Below, piece after piece: positions 53,001-62,244 of a DNA stretch of 62,244 bases (positions are counted from its first letter, which is position 1; every line of letters starts with the position of its first letter). Position numbers and translations under genes: made by a program. The DNA comes from Nemertoderma westbladi (taxonomy: Eukaryota; Animalia; Xenacoelomorpha). The stretch covers positions 1 through 62,244 of the forward strand of contig JAUCBJ010003542.1 of NCBI GenBank assembly GCA_032718475.1. The letters are read 5' to 3'. The notes under the pieces were generated by a model. It did not search any database, was not told where the DNA came from, and worked only from the letters and a program-made list of their open reading frames with translations.

Positions 53001-54777
53001 TTTATGAAAGAAAACTGTATTATGTTTTTAAATGTCTACATCATCGTGTCTGCACGGTACTTCATATAGCGCCCCATTTGGAGATTTCCAGTGAATGTTT
53101 GGATTTGACCTGACCAAATTGGTTTACTACGGAAGATCCGCAGTGGGCACACCTGAGTGGGTGTGGGCCACTCGGAATCAAACGAGGCGGCGCACATATT
53201 GACATTTGGCGAATGTACATTTCTTACAGTAGGGGGTCACTGGGTTAAGAGTTTTTACGGTATACTTAATATGAGCATAAAGAAGAAAGTGTTGGCGATG
53301 TATCTGAAAATAAATAAATAAACGTTGCTCTTTGTCTCTCTCAAGTTGATTTGGATCGGTCCTACGAATTACCCAAAAAAACACAAAATTACCCAAAAAT
53401 ACACAAAAGAACACAAAAAAACGCAAAAATCTACCCAAAAAAACACAATAAAACACAAAAAAACACAATACCACCCAAAAAACTTACCCAAAAAGACAAA
53501 CATAATTTATATCCTATAGCAGGGATATAGCAGTATAGGGTTGGAAAAATAAGACTGTAACCTGTGTTCTTTGGTTATCGTTTATTGTTTTGATTAGAAA
53601 AGCCTGCTACTGTAACCTGCTCCTTTCCATTAATTAAGAAATCTGATTTTGTAAGCTGTCTGGCAGTCTGGGTGGGTAGGCTTACCGGTAAACCGGTGGC
53701 AGTAGGTCATTAAATGAATCATCAAATGAACAAAATATAATATTTTGAAAAAAGTGAAAATTGAAAACTGAAAATTCTTCTTGTTTGACATTCCCCTTCT
53801 CAGTATGCCTCTCAACCGTACCGGCGTCTCATCCGGACCCTCCGTTACACCAGTTCTGGTTCTGTCGTCCGGTCCCTGTAAGTGGGGTATTAACAAACGT
53901 TTCCATAACTTCTGGCTCCTCGTAAATACTACCCGAGCCAGCCTCACTCTCTGATAGTCCCAACTGCGCCAGTTCTAATCGGCGCTTCTGCTTGGCCTGA
54001 TAGTGCATAAGCCCCCCTAGCCGGGCATGCATATCATACCGCATACGTTTTCCCGCTCTCTCTCTCTGGTTGGCCAACTCTGCCTCTCTCGTCTCCCGCT
54101 CTCTACGCTCGTTCTCTATTTTTGCCTCCCGTTCCTCGCGCTCCCTACACCCAGCAAAGTCATAGCATGATAAGTCGCTGATAAATTGCTACTAATTTCG
54201 CCGGCTAATACCCTGCTAATTTCGCCGGATAAAAGCCGGCTTTTTGGTTCCAATGTTCTTAAAGGTTTCGAAGGGTGGATTTCGAAGAGAAATATCCATC
54301 GTTTAGTAGACTATTAGCCTTCGATTAGTAGTTTACGAAGCATATTCGAAGGATAATTCGAAGACAAAAATGCTTCGTTTAGTAGACTATTCGCCTGCGA
54401 TTAGAAGTTTATTTAGCATTTTTCGAAGGATGATTTCGAAGATAAAAATGCTTCGTTTAGTAGACTATTAGCCTTCAATTAGAAGTTTACGAAGCATTTT
54501 CGAAGGATAATTTCATACATTATTAGAAGCATTTTCGAAGCATAAAAAATACTATTTTTCGAAGAAAAAAAATGTAACTGAAACAATCACTGGAACTGCC
54601 TGTGGATGCTTTGATGAAGAGGGAGGGGGTATTAGCCTATACCTACTGTAGTAGCCTACCGTATCCTACCCTACACCCTACTTCCCTATCCTACAATACG
54701 TTATACACTTATTAATGGAAGCGGCTGAGTATATAGAGAAATATATAATCAATATATATTTGAGGGTATCTATGGAA

Positions 54778-57700
54778 GCTGTTGTACTCTGCGTTTTTCA
54801 CCATCGGAGGTTTCTGTTTTGTATTTGTGCACAATATACTTCGGAAGTAACCACGCTATCTCTAAAGCCTACTGTCAGGCCCGTATGGTGATCATAATAT
54901 CTGGGGGGGCAGAGGCCAAATCTGGGGGGGCAAACCCATAACTGGGATTTGGTGAGCATACAACAAAGTGAGAGTTAATTTAGTACATACCCAAAGTATA
55001 ATCAATATTGTTGAAAGGTGTGTGGGGCGAGCCACGAAGTTGGCGGAGCCTTGGTGAATTGACACTGTTAAGGAAAATGTCAATAATGGCAAATAGTTGT
55101 TGACGTAACTATTTTGACATTCAAATAAGGCAGAATTTATTTAAAGCTGTCGAATTGAAAATTTTGTAGGCATAAATATGTCCAAAACTTGACATTATTT
55201 AGCGACATTAAATGTCATTAAATTAAACATTAAATGTCCTCCCGTTTCTTTGCTTTTAATCCGTTCAACCTGAAACATGACAGAATTGTACTCGACCATT
55301 AGCTGTGTCATTTAAACTTTTTCTGAGGTCTTAGCGCTTCGTTTCTCAAATAGATGATTCCTTTGAGGTCAATTTTGACCTCAGGTAAATGAGAGGGTTG
55401 GGGTGGTTCAAAAAAACTTTTTGTCGAATTTAAACTGAGTTTGCACATCTGATGTCATCAAATGAGCCCAGACTTCGATAGATACCAAAATTTTGATTTG
55501 GGGATGACAGGGATACCTAAAGTGTGTTCTTCGCGCAGCACGTGACATGAACTTATGTAAGTGTAATCTTGAAAGAAAAATAAGCAAAATCTAAGCGGAT
55601 GCCCTTGATCACTTTAGACCAGCCTAGAGGCAGGCTTGAAAACTGCAGTCGATTTAACCCTTGTGCTCTCTTTGAGGTCATTTTTGACCCATCGAAGATT
55701 TAAACTTACACAATTTTATCACACATTGATATTTTATCTCGAAATTTTGTGACAATTACAGATAATGTGAAGTCCGGCACAAGTCAAAAATAGCGCCTTG
55801 ATGCGATATTGACAAATACCTGACAAATATCTCAAAAACTATTCGCTTTATGCTTGTTTTGAAGGTGTCTACAACAACTAAATCGGTCATTGCTATTCTA
55901 AATGAGCATAATATCAATGCAGTAGGAATACTAGAAGTTGATCATCACAAAATGGGGAATATGACTCACTTGTGCCAAGGGCTGGAACTGGCCATGTGCA
56001 TTTTGGAATATTTACTGTCATCCCCAAATCAAAATTTTGGTATCTATCTAAGATTGGGCCCATTTGATGACATCTGATTTGCGAACTGATTTGAAATCAA
56101 AAATGTTTTTCGTTGATATTGAATGGTACAGGTACAAATCACGATGAGGTGAAATTTGACCTCAATGTCAATATGTGTAGGCCCCTATAAATTGTAAAAT
56201 TGAATAGACCCCCTTGCAAATTTTTACATTTTTGTTTTTCTAATTGAGAAGTACTATAAAATATTAAATGTCACAAAATTTCGAGATAAAATATCAATGT
56301 GTGATAAAATTGTGTAAGTTTAAATCTTCGATGGGTCAAAAATGACCCCAAAGAGAGCACAAGGGTTAAATCGACTGCAGTTTTCAAACCTGCCTTTAGG
56401 CTGGTGTAAAGTGATCAAGGGCATCCGCTTAGATTTTGCTTATTTTTCTTTGAAGATTACACTTACATAAGTTTATGTCACGTGCTGCGTGAAGGACCCA
56501 CTTCAGGTATAATATGGTTAAGGTTAAGTTACAACAAATTATAGCTATGGATACCAGCGCAAGCAACCCTCAGCGCCAAGCCTTTTAGCTGCAAGCTGGC
56601 TCCCAAACTACAAGCAAATAGACAATGGGTCAACGGTCAACAACAAACAACCCCTCCACCCTGGTAGCCAATGAGAGAACCTAGAGCTTTCGAGTATTTT
56701 TAGTAATTATTACAGGTAGGTAGGTATATTAATGTCATGTAGTATTATAGGAATTGGACCAAATGGAATGGTGGGGAGTCAGGTCAGGTCAGTGGGCAGG
56801 AGTATGTGAATCCAATAATATTGATTACCAACAATATTATTATTAATTAATTGTGAACAAGACGAGTGAACAATACATGTCTGGGGGGGCAGTGGGACTT
56901 CTCTGGGGGGGCAGTGCCCCCAAAGCCCCCCCCCCCCCCGCACGATACGGGCCTGCCCACTAACTAACTATATCTGGTATTTACTTTATTTTGATTTAAT
57001 GATGTTTATGTTCCTTATTTAATAATGATAGTTCTAGTTAAACTACTGTATGTATATTTCTATTTCTCCCCATTTATGCTATTTAAGTACCCTTATTAGT
57101 TTATGACAGAACCCTGTATTATAAAAGAGACGGAATTTTGATTTGGTGGTGGGATGCAATAATTTTAACTTTATACATTCCTAATACCGCATTATAGTCT
57201 GAAGTAGCCCGGTTAGGGTGAAAACGTTCACTAATAAGAAGTGTTTTCATACAACCAGCATAGACCCCAACACTTACCCAAACTCTGTTTTGTTTTGGTA
57301 ATTATTATTTATATATGGTCACCCTCAGCCTCACCCTCAGCCTCAGCCTCACCCTCAGCCTCAGCCTCAGCCTAGGCTTCAGCCTCAGGACCATTCATTA
57401 CCCATTCATTATGCATTTAAAATAGGATCAAGTTGACTTTATTTGTCTAATTAAACATATTATTATGAAATTACATCATTAATACGACTAAACATAATAA
57501 ATATTTCAAACATCAGTTATAATTAATGTCTCGCATTAACTGTACGACTGTTCATACACCTAGGTCGATATACAACAGTTGCTGGAGATATACCTTTTCC
57601 ATTCCCTACTCTGATTTTCTGTCCATTTTCATTGTCATTCTCCTCTGATTCTTCTTCACTGCCATCGCTACTCTCCTCTGCTTCTTCTACACTAGCATCA

Positions 57701-57950
57701 TTACTCTCCTCCGATTCATCCTCATCACTCTCATTTCCATCATTATCACTCTCCTTATGCAAATGTATCTGCATTATATTCAATTGTCTAATTATTTTCT
57801 GCAATTTATTTTTATTTCCTAATATACAGTATGTCTTAATATCTCCTAATTATCTGAGTCATTCTCCTCCCCACTTTCATGTTCCGCGACTTCTTTCTCG
57901 CTCTCATTTTCTTCATCACCACTCTCATTTTCTTCTTCCTCTATCTCACT
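54778..57950 (+). repeat. Segmental duplication, copy B
   Basis: Direct copy of 49510-52674 with scattered substitutions and indels. Confidence 0.95.
54876..56955. mobile_element. hAT-like element, copy 3
   Basis: Same TIRs and same flanks as copy 2, so it was copied with the duplication rather than by transposition. Confidence 0.85.
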
Positions 57951-59548
57951 GTAAAAGCTTCTGTGGGATCTAACTGGCCCCTTTTGCTTCGCAATCCAGT
58001 TTCCCCCCAGGCGCTGGAATACTCTAAAAAGGTTCTCTAACTGTATATATATTCCCCTCGCCCGCAAGGTACCGTTACAGGTGTTTTAACGGACATAAAA
58101 GTCATTCTGCTATACGTGTTTTGGCGGACATGGTAAGGCAAAAAACCTGTAATGCACCAACTACCTTTCACAGCTTAGCCGTGATGATTCATATTACGAC
58201 ATCTAACAGCTGGTTGCTGACATGGAAACAGCCATTGGATGCATGGTTCTTTGTTTGGCTTGAGCCAATCAGAGCGATTTTTCCTGTTGACGTGTAGCTT
58301 TTCGGTCGATCATAAGGAGAGTGTTCAGTCTTACTGCTTTTACTTGATACTTTGTTGTTATTGCTGTCTAAGCCAGAAACACCGGCTTTTTGGGAAGAAC
58401 TCTAGTAAACTGCTTAAATTATCGAAAGTATAAACTGTTACCTACTCACTTACTCAATAACTCACTAATTAACATGCTCACTTAATTTAATTGCATTAAT
58501 CATATTGTTTGTACTGTTATTTTACCGTCAGTTATTAATTGTACCTATTTGTTGATGGAAATATTGCTCTTTGGATAATACTGATAAATCACCCAAATTC
58601 CCAATTTTCTTGATACACTACAGGTTAGAGAGACCGGCTATACATAACAATTGCGATTTATATTAATGTGGTGTGTATTGAATCCAATGTTATTTAGCAG
58701 ACCCTACGTGAGTCAATTGCTGCTCTCTTTATGTGTGATCAAATATACTGACGGTCGGCAGAATAGTGTGTATGATTGTGATTGGTAACAAAGTATTTCC
58801 TAAAGAATACGCTTTATACTTCAATCATAAGCAGTATCGTTGCGTTTTAGTATAAGTCTTAGTTCTGTTTAAATAGATAAAGCGCCACGTCCTAAAGGAA
58901 CTGTTAATATTTCCCGAAAGCCAATAATATCTGTCAGAGATTAATTATTAACGATCTATCGAATAATACAGTAGGTATACACTGCAACCTTACACTGCAA
59001 TAATAAAATTTAAGCATCCGAATTCAGCCTCCCGGGTGTAGATCCATCGGGTGAATGATCGCGCATGGGCTGCCTTCGGCTAATGTTTTGCGTATTAGCA
59101 TAAAATATTGTCGTATGCTAAAGTGGTTTTAATTAACTAAAAGACATATAAATTTTGGCAGGTTAAACTGCTAAAGGTCTTCAAAAGCGCGAACAGTAAC
59201 AGTTTATAATCTTATTGCAGTAGGCAATAAGGTTGCAAAATACCGTAGTGACTGGTAAAACTGAACCGGTGCTTCTGTAGGTCAGTAGGCCTAACTGTCA
59301 TCACCGGTACCGGTACTGCTGTACAAGTACATTTAGTATTATTCGATTTTGATTATTGTATACTGGTAGGTCTTAGTACTTAATCAGGGACTGCAGCCCT
59401 GAATTTTTATTGAGATTTTACCTATTTCTGTCGGTTTTATTTCCTAGTAAGTTAATATTGAGCAGAAGGCGTGTGACCCTGCTCAGATTGTTCAGATAAT
59501 TGTAGGCTGAGCTGCTGTCTGACTGTTGTTGAGTTTGGAGAGATTACG

Positions 59549-60065
59549 GCGTGTGTAGAGTTTGTCTGATAAAGTGCCGTTAGTAAGTTGGGGCAGCCAT
59601 ATGCGGTAAGGTCAATCCCCTCTTAAAGAATAAGTCGTACTACCGTGTTAGAACGCATACTAACTAACAGTTTCAGAGTCTGCATATACTGTAGTTTATT
59701 TAGGCTTGATCGTAGTCTGCCAGTGTTTTAGCCTGTGTTTGTTTGTGTGGTCTGTTCAGGTACCGTAATAGTTATTACTCAAATATTTGTAGGCTGGATT
59801 GTTGTCTAGCTATTTTTAGGTCTGAAGGGATTGCTGCGTGTGTAGAGTTGGTCTGATCAAGTGCCGTTAGTAAGTTGGGGCAGCCATAAGCGGTAAGGTC
59901 AATCCCCTCTTAAAGAGTAAGTCGTACTACCGTGTTAGAACGCATACTAACTAACAGTTTCAGAATCTGCACATACTGTGATTTGTTTAGGCTTAATAGT
60001 AGTTTGCCAGCGTTTGGTTTGTATTTGTTTGAGTATTCTGTACGGGTAGCGTAATATTTATTATT
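59549..60065 (+). repeat. ~290-bp direct tandem repeat, two copies
   Basis: GCGTGTGTAGAGTT.GTCTGAT.AAGTGCCGTTAGTAAGTTGGGGCAGCCAT starts at ~59549 and ~59836. Confidence 0.9.
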
Positions 60066-60519
60066 CAGAGTTTATGCGATTATTCGCAACATTCATGTCC
60101 CCAAGTTTATTCCTACAGTAATTGTGCTTGTTATACATACCGTTATAGTTAAACTAACCCCGGTACTACATCAGGGCTGCTTGGCGTAGGTAAAGACTGA
60201 CGACTTTGTGCTTCGGTCACTCCAGCAGATGCCGTGGTTCTTTTAACTGTTCAAGTATATATAACTACTGATTATTTGTTATACCGGTACTTGTACCTAA
60301 TTTAGGGTTTAGTGTACAGTGCTTTCCGAAGTAATTAGTGTAGGCAGTATATTTGTGTTGTAAAGTGGTTGATAGGCACATTCGTTAGCTCTATTAGCTT
60401 CTGGGTAGGAACAATCCGTGATACATAACGTAGTACCTATAGCGATACGGTTATAGGTCGTCAGGCGGTGGTATTTTCCTATCTGGACAGCGCAGTGTAC
60501 CCAGCAAAGTCACATCCTT

Positions 60520-61120
60520 CGAAATTGCTACTAATATGCTGCTAATTTGATCGAAATAAATTTTCTTCGAAATTATCAGCATTTTCGCCGTCTAAATTGT
60601 CTGATAATTCAGTCTACAATTCGTAGGATAAATTATCCTTCTAAACGAAGGATAAATTCGAAGACTATTCGAAGATTCTGAAGATTTAGCTAGTTTTTAG
60701 CCGGCAAATAGAAGGATAAATATGCCTACTATTCGCCGGATAAATTATCCTTCTAAACGAAGGATAAATTTGTAGACTTTTCGAAGGGTGGATGAATTGA
60801 TAATTTTTATCCTTCGTTTAGAAGGATAATTTATGCTGCTATTCGAAGGATAAATTATCCTTCTAAATGAAGGCTAAATTTGTAGACTTTTCGAAGGGTG
60901 GATGAATTTATAGTTTTTATCCTGCGTTTAGAATGATAATTTATGCTACTATTCGAAGGATAAATTACCTTCTAAACGAAGGATAAATTTGTAGACTTTT
61001 CGAAGGGTGGATGAATTTATAGTTTTTATCCTGCGTTTAGAATGATAATTTATGCTACTATTCGAAGGATAAATTACCTTCTAAACGAAGGATAAATTTG
61101 TAGACTTTTCGAAGGTTGGA
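60520..61120. repeat. TTCGAA-rich palindromic tandem repeat (~110-120 bp unit), related to 54170-54565
   Basis: Each unit has AAATTATCCTTCTAAACGAAGGATAAA and its reverse complement. AATTGCTACTAAT and TTCGAAGGGTGGAT are shared with the 54.2 kb block. Confidence 0.8.
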
Positions 61121-62009
61121 TCATTTAGCTTAGTTTTGTTTAGTTATGCATAGTTACTGTATGTTATGTTTTATCCGGCAAATTCTGAGAGTAAAATAAT
61201 AATTATATACTGTAGTTATGCCTACTAATAATCCGAATATTTTTTTATCTGGGGACCATATTTAGCAGTAAATTAGTACAAAGTTATCAGTTCTTTAGAA
61301 TTGTCGATTATATAATAATATATAATCTGAAGCAAAGAAAATTGATCTATATTATGTCCAGTGCCATTCATATTGTTTTATGAAATAAATCCATTAATTA
61401 CTGTGTGATGCTGTGTCTGTCCTTAAAGGTGCGGAAATCCATGTATCCAGAGTCTGCAGGTCTGAGTGTATGGCAGAGCTAGAGGTAAAGGCGATGTCCA
61501 TACTGCCCTACAGTATGTTACTGTCAGAATGCCAGACACCTGTAAAAACGAGACTACAGTATCTGACTACAGTATGTCTTTCAGGCAGTCAGGGAAATCC
61601 TGGGGACAAACAAAGCACATATTTTTTCAGTATTAATACGTGTACTATATCCGAAACTGAAAGTTTTAAAAAATATACCTTTTATACTACAGTATAACGA
61701 TACAGAAACTATTTACTCTACTGCTCTATACTGTATAAAATTTATTCTTAATTAATAATTATTTTTAATCTTTTTTTTATATACAAGTTTTAATACAGTA
61801 TTTAACATTTTAATATTCAGATATTTTCTTGCTATCATGCACCCCGGTCAGCCTGTACAATCAGCACGTCGCACATCAGCACATGTACACATGTAACTAA
61901 CAGTACAACATATCGCAGCGCAGTTGGAAGTTCCGTACCTGCTGACCCGTACCGTATTTTTTCGTTGGAATACATATACTGCAGCACACTGTCAGATCTC
62001 AGACTGAAC

Positions 62010-62064
62010 ACTGAACCCACGACCTCCAAGAGATGTGAATTCAATGCAACCACTACACCAAGGT
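62010..62064 (-). mobile_element. tRNA-derived SINE head fragment
   Basis: GAACCC..ACCTCC..GATGTGAATTCAAT..AACCACTACACCAAGG matches 39765-39815. Confidence 0.65.
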
Positions 62065-62244
62065 CTCTTTGATTAAGAAAATGAATTAAATAATTATTGA
62101 ATGCTTTTAAATTTAATGTTGTAATTTAGTGTCGTAATTCAAAAACATGATACCCCCCCACACCCCCCCCCCCCCCCCTTCCCTAACTTTTATACAAATT
62201 TTAATGAATAGCATGATATGAAACAGAGTTACAGTAGTTTCACC

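Noticed and set aside
53630-54150. Charged coiled-coil ORF remnant (gag-like?)
   Set aside because: Low complexity, interrupted, with no diagnostic motif.

Overview
AT-rich, transposon-dense eukaryotic (most likely invertebrate animal) DNA, not a prokaryotic window. It holds two host genes, both on the minus strand. One is a two-exon FAM13-type RhoGAP (12060-10116 joined to 6938-6643). The other is an intronless, membrane-anchored PHM/PAM-like protein (45612-43819) that has lost most copper ligands and has no PAL domain. Nearly everything else is mobile DNA. A four-level nest of DNA transposons spans 14208-26341 (long-TIR element > THAP/P element > hAT-like MITE > 5-bp-TSD element). A 10.8 kb Foldback-like element (27648-38437) has >3 kb satellite-containing inverted arms around a spliced PHD-finger + vertnin-type OTU gene. 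There are also RTE, CRE-like and other LINE fragments, tRNA-derived SINE pieces, several mini/satellites, and a 3.2 kb segmental duplication overlapping a decayed zinc-finger/acidic ORF. TA-centred micro-insertions (TACAGTA, TAGGCCTA, TACCGGTA) are pervasive and look like transposon excision footprints. All calls were read by eye; no searches were run.
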